64,000 nucleotides of DNA from contig OZ286462.1 of the NCBI GenBank assembly GCA_965644265.1, positions 31,620,001 through 31,684,000 on the forward strand, in the 5' to 3' direction. Below the pieces are notes generated by a model. It saw only the letters and a list, made by a program, of their open reading frames with translations, was not told the origin of the DNA and ran no database searches. The DNA comes from Glycera tridactyla (taxonomy: Eukaryota). Positions 1-13,391 of this stretch are shown here, in pieces. Position 1 is the first letter of the stretch. The number at the start of each line of letters is the position of its first letter. The translations under genes and the position numbers were made by a program.

Positions 1-431
1 TCCTACTCCAGGGGACACCGACCCCNNNNNNNNNNNNNNNNNNNNNNNNNNNNNNNNNNNNNNNNNNNNNNNNNNNNNNNNNNNNNNNNNNNNNNNNNNN
101 NNNNNNNNNNNNNNNNNNNNNNNNNNNNNNNNNNNNNNNNNNNNNNNNNNNNNNNNNNNNNNNNNNNNNNNNNNNNNNNNGTGTGCATACATGAGTGTGT
201 TACATGAAAGAACTGGTCATTCACTTCTGGCCAGGATGAAAGAATTTTGAATTTAGGCCAATATGAATAATACACCTGTTCACCTGTATGGAGAGAAAAT
301 GGGAAGTCACCTATCGGGAATGAAACTTCAATGTAATTCACACCAGTTCATGACTGATCTTGGACTGTCATGTACTTTGGCATATATCTAAAAGTGGACC
401 TTGCATATGATGATTCAGTATAGATGCTTAC

Positions 432-530
432 CGGCATGGGCGTATCCTGGCGGGATGTCCTCATCAGCGTTATCCACTGTCAGAGGCGACATGGAACCTG
501 TTGCACCTTGGCTTCGTGTTAGACTGCTAC
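432..530 (-). CDS. STIM: STIM exon: acidic inactivation-domain-like segment, (G)SSLTRSQGATGSMSPLTVDNADEDIPPGYAHA
   Basis: aagcag acceptor, gtaagc donor, 99 bp, open phase 1 to 1. DNADED resembles STIM1 DDVDDMDEE. The gene continues left of this exon. Confidence 0.82.
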
Positions 531-734
531 CTGCTTGACAGAAACAAATAGACTGTCATATAATACTGTATATTGGAAGGTATCCACTGTACTAACAAAA
601 CACCGCTTGCGAGTAGACAGATGGGTATCATTGCCAAGCAGCTGCAGCAAATCTCTTTTAAAGAGAGCAGCCCCTGTACTTCACAGATGTGTGAATAAAG
701 AAGTGTTCATTATTATGATTATTATCATTAAATA

Positions 735-894
735 CAGTGTAACCTGTCCTAAGTAATCACTGTACTAAGCAGCCACTATTGAATTTCCCAACACAGTTTT
801 TCCCAGTATAATTCACCTGTCCTAAGCATCCACCTGCCTTAAGTAGCCACTTTTTGCCTTCCCAATGGGTAGCTTCTTAGATAAGGTTTGACTG
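735..894. mobile_element. Tc1/mariner-type MITE
   Basis: TA|cagtgtaacct...aggtttgactg|TA. Confidence 0.8.
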
Positions 895-899
895 TACAG

Positions 900-1020
900 C
901 GTTGGATATTAGGGGAGATTGTGAGATATTTGTCTCACATTTGAGTGTAATATCTCACATTTTGAAAAGTGGTGAAACAAATGTCTCACTTCAATTCCAC
1001 CCCAGGGCAAACACTTGTAA
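900..1020 (+). repeat. Interspersed repeat; related copy at about 18993-19150
   Basis: Shared gttggatat..aggggagat...tgtctcacat...acaaatgtctcacttca..cccaccccag. Confidence 0.7.
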
Positions 1021-2063
1021 CATTTGTTTCATATCTGTTTAAATCATCAACCCTGAAGTCATAAAGGTGGTCTCTTGAAAGAAGTGGTCTCTCATCAGAG
1101 ATATATTTGACCATGTCAAATGAACAATCTGCACTGTGAAATATCATCTGAAATGTCCCCAAAAATGGTCTACTGTCAAAAGTGGTGTCTCATCATGGGG
1201 TCTTCTGTTGCAGGTTCTAGTGGACTGATATCTGTAACAGCGCTGACGCATAATATCCTCAACAGATTTGATTGAAATTCATGGTCTGGCAGCTGTAACC
1301 AGAAAGAGTTTCAGGGCTTCATTTTCAGTTTACCAACAAATATTTCAACTTATATAGAAGACCGAAAATCTGTGTCTGAAGCATGTTACGGGAGTTGAGA
1401 GGCTCCAAGAGCTGGTATCAGACTCTAAATTATGTATACTAGATCGAGTTGAGTAGTACAATGAACCAGCAGTACAATCCATAAATTTCCAGATTAGCGG
1501 AAGATGAGTCAACTTATTTAGTAAGGAAGCAAAAGCTTTGGCTAATAAACATTATGGTGAATGGCTTGTGGCAACCAAGAATAATCACTCCCTCCCATCC
1601 CCATCACACGCGTATAAATAATTCTCACTGTCCCCCTGAACACATGCCAATGATTTTCACATGTCTGAATTGGATTTTACTCTACTTGTCAGCAGCACAA
1701 TCCACTTTAGTGCATGTTTCCTTCATGATGATGTATCACAAATATAGTGTACAACACATCGGAAACCAATACGAATTTAAAGACTATAATCATCTGCGAG
1801 CAATACAGAAGCCACGGGTCAGAAATATGATATGGCCACAATGAAAAACACTGAGCCTATCTTCACCAAGTTTTTGTGAGCCATGCACATTAATCACGCA
1901 TGTTGAATCGCCTGCATATTCTCTGATCTTTCTCCACCAATAGTGATCTGATTTTGATGATCTAAAGAACAAAATACCCAGCATGAAATGCCCCTATAGC
2001 TTGCTGCATCTGGCCCCAAAGAACAATAGAAGCCATGGATAAGAGGAATATTCTCATGCTTAC

Positions 2064-2197
2064 CTCCTGGTCTAAGTAAAGAGTCGAGATATGCTAGACC
2101 GGGATTCAGGATGATATTAAAACCACAGATTTTCTCAATATGTGTCCATCGCTGTGACCTTTCTTGAAGGTCCATTTTAATATCTTCCATGGCAGCT
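2064..2197 (-). CDS. STIM: STIM exon: CAD/SOAR alpha4, AAMEDIKMDLQERSQRWTHIEKICGFNIILNPGLAYLDSLLRPG
   Basis: ttttttcag acceptor, gtaagc donor, 134 bp, phase 2 to 1. Matches STIM1 [25 protein letters not shown]. Confidence 0.95.
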
Positions 2198-5009
2198 CTG
2201 AAAAAAGGAATAGTATTCTCAACTCAATTACAAGAGTTCACAATATTCAAATTCAAATTCAAAATAGATAAGAAACAATATGCTGATTTCAAATGAGTTT
2301 GTCTTTCAAATAACATGATTTGATAGCCTTCATATCTTGGAGATAACATGAATATGAAAGCTGACATTTTAGACGTTCCACTTACCCAGTAAAATACAAT
2401 CTGGCCTGAAATATGGATGACATACAATCATTTCAACAGTTCATCACAGATTTATCCTCGTTCTAAACAGCCACTTATTTCTTACTCTCTTATGTCCGTA
2501 TGACACATCTCAGGTATAAACATTTTCTCAAATATCATACAATTTAATCCGCTCCTGAGGCAATTTGCCCACGAGGGTCTCTTGTTTGCACAACAATGGC
2601 AGCAGTTACACTATGACCTTCAGTATAGGTCACATGTTTGTGAACTAGTGGTGGGCCGATGATTGGTTGTTCACATCGCAAAACGAAGTACTCACTCAAG
2701 AAAGTCGACCATCGATTTAATCGGAATAATCATCTCATGAAATTCAGATTGAAAAGCCTGTCATACCTCAATGAATTCATCATCAAAGTTAAGGCAAAAA
2801 GTGGTTTTATTCGTTGGCGGACGGAGAAACACACATGCCACCACCATTTTGATTATTGACAGTCTGATAGATTCGAAAGTGACTGCCGCGATGTGATAGC
2901 GCTGCACGTGCACGATTAATCAGGTTCCTTGGGTGAGTATGGCACATTGACCATTTCGACATCTAGCAGTTGGTCTGGGAGCCAGATCAAATCACCAGCA
3001 CCAACTTCTTGCCGCGTCCATGAAATTCCATGGTTATACATTCCAAATACAGATGGAGATGTTTTATGGCAAAACATTTTCGATTTGAGCAGATGGCATA
3101 TCACAATAATTGCAGTCATACCCACCTTGCAGTCATGATCTTGTTATCAGTATCATCAATGGATGTTGTGTGAGCAATTCGTAACGAACCGAGAAAGGCG
3201 CCACGTTTTTTCCGAATCTTATCACACTGGAGGACGTGCATGGAGAGTAGTGCAGGCGTGCATGAGAATTATGGATCAAACAGGCGGGCGCCAAGGAGTA
3301 GCCGAATGACAAATGTAACAGAAACGGGACCAAAAAAAGAAAAGAAACATGACATGTTAGTTGGAAGGCACATGCTGCATCAAAAAGTCAATTATACTAA
3401 TCTAGAGACTGACTGAAGTGGTTTTGAATTATCTCAAACACAATGGTATGATGCGGTGATGCTTCTTGTTCTCTATACCGACTGAGTATCACAAGCCCCC
3501 TTTTCTTTTCAAAACCAGCCTAATCCTAATTTGCTCCCTTAAAACCTTACACCCTTACAACTCAAACCAAAGAATACTGATCATTTTGTGAGGTGATAAA
3601 TTTGAGTACTAGTACAGTTGACCCACGGTGCTAAGCCTGACCTGGTGGGCGTTTGTCAGCACCATCCCATGATCGTTCAATGACCGGATTCTGCCAAATG
3701 GATGCACGAGGCCATTGAGCAAATATTGAGAAGGGGGCATGTGAGTCTCCTTTAATTCATAAGATAGATGGCTGACATGTTGCCAATATCAAACAAGAAG
3801 CTGTCACAAACTGTGTATCACCTGCAACCCGTGTGAAATTCAACTCCTAACACAATTATTCAACCGCAAATCCTGACCATATACACGGCAGCATTTGATG
3901 ATCATTCTGTGAAAATGTTGTGAAAATCGCATGTAGGATGAATGAGGAATCGCACAGCGAAGAAAGATGGACAAAGGGGCGGGCGAATGGACAGACAGAA
4001 TGCTGAAATATACCGAGAAAGCAAATGTGTGTGTGTGTATGTGTGTGCGTGCGTGTGAGTAGGAATTCTTTAATAGTGAAGTGAGCAAATATTTATTCAG
4101 GCTCGAAATATTTTCAACAAATCTTATCCATAGAAATCGGGGATGAAAGAAGCACGAAGATAGCTAATTGATTCAACTTCTTTACACACTCAGAAAGGAA
4201 GTCAATGTTGCTTATTCACAACTGTGATACTAGAATACACATCTCAGCAGGGGCTGCGGCAGAAATCATTTCCTCCCAATATACTGCGAGACACATGACC
4301 AATCGTATGATCACTTCTCAACTACGGGATCTTGTGACCACACGATACTGCAGTTACCACAAGCTGATGAAAGAACCTGGCTGATTCTCTGAAAGCTCTT
4401 CATATTCTGAACTGACTATGGGAATTATGAGCTTCCCATGTCTAACTTTCAACGGGAAGACGCAAACCTGATACAATTCACTGATTGGAATCTCAACTTT
4501 GATTGATCATTTATATAATCTTCATGCTCATATGAAAAGAATGAGTTGTTTTTATCATTGTCCATATCCCATGACAATAATTTTTTGACCAAAGTTTAAA
4601 AAAAAATCAGAGGACTACTTTCTCATCGATTGCCAAACCGACCAATCATAGAGCCCAGCATCTGAAGTACTCTTCAAAATGACCATCATCTTACCAGGGG
4701 AAAATTCATGCAATATGTCACACCTCAATTTTTCATTCTGTCCTTTATTGCAGAGGCATATTAGACATAACAAAACCCTATTGACGATTAGAAATTATGA
4801 AGGTGCCCAATACTTCTGGCTATGAATCTACTGGTACTATATTCATACAAGAAATGCAAGAGCACAGGTCAAAATATGATATATGGGTGAACACAAATGG
4901 CGGTGGCTGCCAACAAGGAAGAGTAGTTCGTCATGCTTCTGGAGTAGGAATGTGCAGCAGGGAAAGATGTTTGAACTGCACAGTCAACTGAAGGAGGCGT
5001 TACACATAC

Positions 5010-5110
5010 CTAGCCTCGACAATGGTGGTATCAACCTCATCTGTCAGGCCATCTGTCACAACGCGCAGAGAACCCATCATCGTTTTGCGACGACTACCCA
5101 ACTTGGAACA
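5010..5110 (-). CDS. STIM: STIM exon: CAD/SOAR alpha2-3, CSKLGSRRKTMMGSLRVVTDGLTDEVDTTIVEA(R)
   Basis: ggcttag acceptor, gtatgt donor, 101 bp, phase 0 to 2. Gapless but divergent alignment to STIM1 [34 protein letters not shown]. Not in the ORF track. Confidence 0.9.
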
Positions 5111-5355
5111 CTAAGCCACATAACAGCACCATGGTCATATGTTTAATGTTGTGTGTGGTGCTGGCAGTGATATAGCATCAGCTTCTACAGTAGCAGCAAC
5201 AGCAGCAGCTGCAGAAGCAATCATGGTGATAAAAAGGTGAAAGAGCTGTGGGTGTCGGCAAAAGTGACAGCAGCATCTGCTATGAATTGTTCATGGTGGA
5301 ACAAGAGATGGTTGTGATACCAGTGATGGCAGCAAAGATTTGAGTGGATGTGTGG

Positions 5356-5398
5356 CAGCAGCAGCAGCAGCAGTAGCAGCAGCAGCAGCAGTAGCAGC

Positions 5399-5451
<53 letters not shown>
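5356..5451. repeat. Interrupted trinucleotide repeat (CAG)6 TAG (CAG)5 TAG (CAG)5 TAG (CAG)13
   Basis: Read directly: 32 triplets, in a STIM intron. Confidence 0.95.
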
Positions 5452-5460
<9 letters not shown>

Positions 5461-7266
5461 CTGTCAAGTTCAGTTGTGGCGGGTATGTTTTCCGCCCTCA
5501 CATCGCCAATTTGCATCAGATTGAAATGGACCTCACTGTCAGACTTTGTCTACATCAACGGCGACTAGAAACGTAATTTTGGTCAGATTCCCTCGTATAT
5601 TTCACATTAGAGCTCCAAATATGATTTCACACTAGTTTCGTGTGCGGTGGCCATATCACCACTGTTTTACATACAAATATTTTCCAATAATGCTGGTGGA
5701 TTCGCCAAAAAGATTCAATGAAATGATGGTGTAATCCTCTTGGTAAAGCATGCAGACTACCTGAAAGCAGGTACAATGATCGCCAGAATACTTATACAAT
5801 ACATTTGTGCCATTAAAACCCAGATCAGACGAAGATTGGTGAATTTATCATGTGAAACGTACCCGCCACATATACATTCGACAGAGTTTGCCAGCATCAG
5901 TTGCAGCAGCAGCAGTTTAATTGGTGATAATTTGTGTCAATGTACTTTCCTGGCTTCAATACACTTCTAAGCATGATTGTGGTGACAGCAGTGGTAGTGA
6001 CATTGATGATCATTATGGTGATGTTAGCCCAGAGCAGGTACCCTGCCATGGCACCAGACTTGGGTCATTGCATGTTTAGTAGGTTGAAAGATTGAAAAAA
6101 AAAAATGTCAAACTAACCATACATTCAGCTGTCTCTAATGAGTAGTTCCTTTCAAGATTGAATGTTTTGAATCATTGGTTAGCCAATTTTCATCTCATCA
6201 GCATGGGATATATTCAGGTGTCCGCGCAATTGTCATGGGATCGGTTCAGTACAGAATATTTCTTGCAAAGGTCATGGTGAAGTTTGTTTGTTTGCTTTGA
6301 TTGGCTGTATTGACTGATCCCAGTACCAATATCAGAGCCTGATGGTTCTGATCTTTCCAGTTAAAGTGCTGCTGTTTGTTATTAATGGGCCACCAGTCTA
6401 ATCTTGGTGAAGCGCGACCCTCCACCTGTGATTGAATTTTGAACCCTCCTCTTTTGGGCTTGTATGTGCATGGGGTATCAGTGTAGCTGCTTAGAAGTCA
6501 CTCATTATAGCACCACTAGTTTAGGACCATTGTTTGCAGATCCGAGATGGGCACTCACAACATCAACCAGCCCTGGTGGTGTGTAGCTCATGCCTGTTTG
6601 CTTGTTTGAGCTCAAAAAAGGGAAGGGGGAACACTGATGTAGTCTGTGTTTCAGTGTTATGTATGGTTCAGCCATCCATAACACTACCTCTGTTGTGGTC
6701 ACAAACCCCACAACTAGCTGCAGCCGGGTCAAGTGTGAAGACACCACCACCACACCATGCAGCACCAGATCTGCCCTCGATGCTGCGTCCTAATCCTGCT
6801 GTGTCTCTGAGAGATCTTTAAAATTACATTCAGTATGCGCTTACCTTGAATGGCCAGCAAAGTTAACCCTCGAATGACCAAATCGCTTTTTCTTTGATCA
6901 TATCAGATTTTGACCCCACTGATCCATGTTATCACATGGGGATCAATTCCGAATTATATTCCGTTTTTATGAAGACAGACCTCATCAATATTTTTCAGAC
7001 AAAAGGTGTACCATCATTTTCTTGAATGAATTTGTTTTTTGTTCCACTCTCCAACATCTTGTGACTCTTTTTACATAAGAACTCCTTCCCACTTCCAAAG
7101 CCATGTCATTCACCATCGCCCACCCCCCATATCAGCTGAAATTAATAAACATGTTTATACAAAGCAAGGAAAGAATGTCATCACAGTATGAAAATTATAC
7201 TCCATCCTGAATAAAATACAGATACTCGGATTTATCCAAAACATTGACTAAGTAAAAAGCAATTCA

Positions 7267-7614
<348 letters not shown>

Positions 7615-8436
7615 TTATAAAGGTCACCCTTTTTACAAACCGGTCTATAAAGGCCACCTCGGGTCACATCAAAGTGGCCTTTTGGCCTTTATAGAGAGGT
7701 TATTTATTGTTGAAAGCACTATCAAAGTTGCAGCTAAGGGTGGCCTTTGTGGGCAAGTGGCCTTTTTAGAGAGGAGGTCTCTCAAGTATGTTCAACTAAA
7801 ATCAGGATGCAGAACAGCTTTCACCGCATTCATGCCCCAGGTATGGCAGTAATGTGGCAAGTTGGACCTGGATCCAATCAGTGGTCTTTACACATAGGTG
7901 ACTTCTGTAAAGAGGTCGTTTTTCTGTATGTAGCAAAATATAACCAATGACTGGAAGAAACAGTTGCCAATACCTTCCAAGATCCGAATCATGTGACCCA
8001 TCAATATAAATTTGAAGGATATGAAATAAAAACTGGTGATAGAGGACAGACAAAGTAAACTACCCCCAGCCCATTTTGATGTGCTATGTTCCGTTTTTAT
8101 CATTCACGACAAAGCCAAACTTGTCTACAAAGACCACTCTTAGTCACACCAAAAAGTGGTTCTTGTAGACAGGTGGCCTTAGTGGAGAAGTCATTTAATG
8201 CAAGACCACTCTCACTCACATCAAAAAGTGGTCCTTGTAGACAGGTGGCCTTAGTAGAGAAGTCGTTTAATGCAGAAAATACTATCATGTTCACTGCTGA
8301 GGATGGTTCAGGATGGTCAGGTGAACTTTTTTGTAAAGACAGGAAGCCCACAGACATATAAATCTGACTGAGTCAACCTGAAGTCTCATCTCATCTCTTC
8401 AGGGGAATAGAATTATCACACAAACTTGGTGCTCAC

Positions 8437-8523
8437 CTGTGTTAATTCTTCCTCAGCTAAGCGTAACCTTGAGATTTCTTCCTCAGTTGCTTCTCTTGTC
8501 TTCCGTAACCGATCTGCTTCTTT
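8437..8523 (-). CDS. STIM: STIM exon: CC1, KEADRLRKTREATEEEISRLRLAEEELTQ
   Basis: ttttcag acceptor, gtgagc donor, 87 bp, phase 0 to 0. Aligns with STIM1 [29 protein letters not shown]. Confidence 0.93.
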
Positions 8524-8962
8524 CTGAAAACCAAAAAAATGAAACAAATTTGAACACTTGATATTTATTACCAACCTACAATTTGATGCACATGCATAAA
8601 TCAACCTATTATATGCAAGAAAGAAAGGAAAATGTCTATTCCCTGACCAAAGCTGGTGAAGATTGGCAGCAATGCAGACAGAGTGTATACAGTGAAACCT
8701 GTGATGAGAGACCGCCCTAGATGTCACAAAAAAGCAGTCTCTCAAAACAGGTGGTCTCTTGTCGGAGGTAAATTTGACTATGTCAAATGGAAGAGCTGCC
8801 CTGCAAAGGAATATTCCACTCATTCAATAGTTGCCAGAGTTGATTTCCAAATGATCCAATCTTGTCAAAAAGCATCCAGGAACAGTCATCTCCCGACATA
8901 ATTCATTTGTTACACATAATGTTGCTGAAATGGTGAAAAAATCTACATACAAACAGTCTCAC

Positions 8963-9053
8963 CTTTGACTCGCAGATTTCAGATTGCATACGAATTTCTA
9001 TAGTGCTTTTCTCCTCTACAGCAGTTTTTTGCTCTTTCTGAGCCTCCTCCAAT
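8963..9053 (-). CDS. STIM: STIM exon: CC1, LEEAQKEQKTAVEEKSTIEIRMQSEICESK
   Basis: ctttcag acceptor, gtgaga donor, 91 bp, phase 2 to 0. Aligns with STIM1 [26 protein letters not shown]. Confidence 0.9.
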
Positions 9054-9322
9054 CTGAAAGAAAGCAAAATAATCAATGTATATCTCTATAAAATGATGAT
9101 AAATACATCAGAAAAAAATACCTTGATATATCTCAAATCGCCGTTTTTCAATTCTTCACTGTATTATATCATTTTATATCATGTTCTTCAATGAATGCTG
9201 TCCTATCTAAGTGACTAGATCTCTCACTCAAGAGATAAATAACAAAACTTGTATAATGTTCAAGTAAGGTAATAGATGTACAATGAGACAATCAATGAGG
9301 AACCCCAACAAGAGACCACCTG

Positions 9323-9919
9323 CAGAGCTGCATCCAGGAATTCATCGAGTGGGGCCAATATCGGGCCAATTGGCCCATATCTGTGTAAAAATTGCGCCAA
9401 TTCCGAAAAATTGGGGCCAACAGAAATACCGAAATTTCAGAACACATTTTTCCCGCCAAAACGATGTAGCTGACCTGGTGATATTCGCGCGATCCTTCTC
9501 CAACCCGTCAATAGTTCCGATTATCGCCGCTCCTGAGAAGGGGTGGCGCTGCGAAAATATGTTTCATTCGATGAATGTTCGCCATCTCACGGATATTCTG
9601 CGAACTACGCACTCCGAGGTCGTTTGAAACGCGCGCGCTGATTGGCCGAGATCGACCGCTTACGTTTCTACGAGCCAATCAGAATTGAGGAGACAAATCG
9701 CCGTCGTCTTCGCACCAGAGCAATGGCAGCCGCTAGTCATAACCCCGGATTTTATTAGATTAAACATGGCGAAATACAGGTTTGTGGCGCGTTCCACTCG
9801 TCGAATCGCGTATATATTTTGAGGAAAGCGTAGCGGTTAGCGCGCAGTCATATTCGAATCGCGCCAATGTTCGTTTTTTCGCGTAAATCCCGCCAAGGCG
9901 CGGCCTGGATGCAGCTCTG
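9323..9919. mobile_element. Non-autonomous hAT-like element with a 6-bp TSD, nested in a mariner-type MITE
   Basis: Perfect 16-bp TIR cagagctgcatccagg. CACCTG on both flanks. Confidence 0.85.
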
Positions 9920-10842
9920 CACCTGTGATGGGAAACCACGTTTTGGTGACTTTTATGGTCTCTAGTCACAGGTATCACTGTGCTGTGAATTTTGACAGGC
10001 AGGGCACTAAGACATCAAAAATATCCACCTGCCTCTTAGACAGGTACATTTCAAAATTCAGCCTGCCTCCATTATTTGTTCATTGCATTTATCATCATTT
10101 TCCATCTGTCCACTGGGCAAGTGAATTTTGAGATCAACCTGCCCATCTTGGAAATCTACCTGTCCTAGGCAGGTGGGAGGCCATCTCTTCACACTCTGGC
10201 CAGGTGACATTTGAATCAGGTGTGGAAGAATTTCAGAAGTAACACTAAGAGCATCTCTAGTGGAGAGCAAATGGATTATAGGTCAACATGGCCTAGTTTA
10301 CTCAAGATTGACTAATGAGAGGAGATGACCCAGATATGATGACATGGCAAACATTTCCTGACAATCATGTCTCCACTGATATGAGAGCTATAGTCTGTTC
10401 ACTCAAAGAAGGCCCATTCTCCACCACATAAAATCACCTGAGGATACAAGAAAATGTGGGTGCCTGGGCTTAAGATTACCAGTTGCTATGTACCCACACC
10501 AGTTGTATGTAAAGTGCAAACGTTGAAATATGATAGCTATGTATATTGCGTTTAGCATGAATCTGATGATTTAGAGTGATCTGAATGTGAGCGATGCAAT
10601 ACAAGTTAGAGTTTGAGTGATCTGAAAGTGAATGATGTGATAAATGGGTTTGACACAGGGTTCCACATGACATCGGATTATTCTACTTACTTGCTCGTGT
10701 CATTTCCGTATGAAGAATTGTGAAATAAATAAATAAATAAATAAATAAATAAACACTCTTATTGAGAAGAAATGAGGATCAAGAGAGTGAATATGCATGA
10801 AGTACAACAAATGAGAAATGAAGGGCAATTTCACTCTACTCA

Positions 10843-11097
<255 letters not shown>

Positions 11098-11692
11098 CTA
11101 CCCTGAATGTCATCAAAAAACGGTCTCTCAGGTGGACTTTCATCAGAGATATATTTGTCTATGTCAAATACCAAAACTGCCCTGGAAAAAAGGTGCGATG
11201 AGATCCCTCGACAATCACCTGAGGGTCAAATACATGTATACCTTTGTCAAGCAATTGTCTGTTTCGTGAGACCACTTTTTGGTAAAATTTTAGGCAGTCT
11301 CTCATCACAGATTCCACTGTGCTGTGAAATCTACTCTTTCCATGATGCTGTATCTTCATTCCTTATTCCTTCTAACAAATTATAAGCCATTATCAATCAA
11401 TCAAACTATCAGTTTGAGAAAGAGATCATGGATATCCCTATAGAGTAGGTGAAATGACTGGATCATTACATAGCCAAACAGTAACAATTTGAGCTGCAAA
11501 TAAGTTTGGCAGAGCACACCAGGTGGCGATGTCCAGAACTGCTGCAGCAAGTGCAAATGGCATGGAAACATTGATGGCAATTCCCATCCACTGACCATAT
11601 GTGGAGTTGTTTATCCAGAAGATCTAGCTCATTGCTTTTTGGTTGGTGACTGGTGTGAAGTGCAAGAAATAGATTATAATGTCCTAACTTAC

Positions 11693-11805
11693 TTTTGGGA
11701 GGTCCAAAAAGGACAGCGTCCATCGCCTTGAGCGCAAGTTTTTGCCGATGAACGGGATTTTCAATTCCCAATATAGTTTTTGTATATTGTATATTGGCAG
11801 CAATT
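11693..11805 (-). CDS. STIM: STIM exon: SAM domain C-part, IAANIQYTKTILGIENPVHRQKLALKAMDAVLFGPPK
   Basis: tttacag acceptor, gtaagt donor, 113 bp, phase 2 to 1. Matches STIM1 HRQKLQLKALDTVLFGPP. Confidence 0.96.
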
Positions 11806-12487
11806 CTGTAAAGAGAAGAAAGAAACAATGATGAATTCAACAAAAAATGTGGAAACACCGAAGAGAAAAATCTAACTGACAAAAAATGTGTGCATGTAAG
11901 AATCCTCTGTACACTTCAAAGCTGGATGGATTGGTTGGTTGGTTGGTTGGTTGGTTCATTTTTTGCAAGCACAGATCGCCAGTTATAGAGTCTATGTCNN
12001 NNNNNNNNNNNNNNNNNNNNNNNNNNNNNNNNNNNNNNNNNNNNNNNNNNNNNNNNNNNNNNNNNNNNNNNNNNNNNNNNNNNNNNNNNNNNNNNNNNNN
12101 NNNNNNNNNNNNNNNNNNNNNNNNNNNNNNNNNNNNNNNNNNNNNNNNNNNNNNNNNNNNNNNNNNNNNNNNNNNNNNNNNNNNNNNNNNNNNNNNNNNN
12201 NNTCATCAGCTACGGCAGGATGCACCTTGTAACTTAATGGGAATAACGTTATGAGCAGAGGTACAGGAAGGCGGGGCTGCCGGCTTGTGGTGGGCTGATG
12301 CTGATATCCCGGCGAGTGATGATTGGAGAAAGGGGAAGTCATAAANNNNNNNNNNNNNNNNNNNNNNNNNNNNNNNNNNNNNNNNNNNNNNNNNNNNNNN
12401 NNNNNNNNNNNNNNNNNNNNNNNNNNNNNNNNNNNNNNNNNNNNNNNNNNNNNNNNNNNNNNNNNNNNNNNNNNNNNNNNNNNNNNN

Positions 12488-12590
12488 GACATGAGGCATG
12501 GGCACCAGGTCCATGAAAGGTGTCAAATGCCCGGGGTTTCATACAGGGTTTAAACCCACGACCTCCGAGTAAGACACCCATTGCTAATAA
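12488..12590 (-). mobile_element. Partial copy of the SINE
   Basis: Reverse complement atgggtgtcttactcggaggtcgtgggtttaaaccctgtatgaaacc...catttgacacctttcatggacc aligns to 32845-32940. Confidence 0.7.
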
Positions 12591-13352
12591 CTAGTGTTGG
12601 GATTTGATTTTTTTCCCACGTTTGAAGTTTGATTTTCAAAACCAAACGAACTTCAAACAATGTTTTATTTTTACCATATTTCGTAATCATGCACTTTCAC
12701 ATGCAAATTCTATTTATCCCCCCCCCCCCCCCCCCCCCCCTCTCAGTGGAACTATTCGTTTGCATCAACAGTGGCCTTTACAGGGAGTTGGTCTTTGTAG
12801 GGAGGTAATTTACTGTTGAAAATACTGTACCACCAAGGTCGCAGCTCAGGGTGGCCTTTATGGAGAGGTGGTCTTCAAAGGAGGTTTGACTGTACTCCTT
12901 TACAAGCTCAAGCACTTTCATCATGAGGGGATTTTGGATGACAAGTGTAAATGGGAATGATCAAAACAGTATTAAGGAAATGGCATTTAAGGATTGGGCC
13001 AATAACATTAGAACTTGCCTTGTACCAGGCCTCATTGAGTTTCCATGGTAACTAATTATTCCACATTTACTCATAGAGCACTTTTGTTCCAGCATGTGGC
13101 TTAGAGGGGTTGGAGCATGAAGTTTGGGGTAAGGTGAGCTGATATAGTAGTCAGATGTGGATGTATCCACCATCAAAATAAACAGTATGTGGATCAGGTG
13201 GTCTATAAAATCAAATAATCAAACATCAAGTTTGTATTCAAATGTTTGATTTCTTGGCGCAATCAAATCAAATTCGACTATATTCGAACTTCGGCACATC
13301 ACTACTAATAACACACACACACCCACCCCCCCCCCACACACAAACACACACA

Positions 13353-13391
<39 letters not shown>

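Noticed and set aside
2760-2845. Short minus ORF MVVACVFL...NFDDEFIE with a gag|gtatga donor inside a STIM intron
   Set aside because: The phase-0 end is incompatible with the next STIM exon (phase 2), and it lies in CpG-rich, transposon-like sequence.
5280-5576. Poly-Cys and poly-Ala ORFs
   Set aside because: They are translations of the intronic CAG/CTG repeat, with no splice or homology support.
11916-12581. ORFs spanning N runs (also near 26-180, 14.2, 19.2, 24.7-25.1, 32.7, 42.5-42.9, 43.8 and 49.6 kb)
   Set aside because: Artefacts of assembly gaps.
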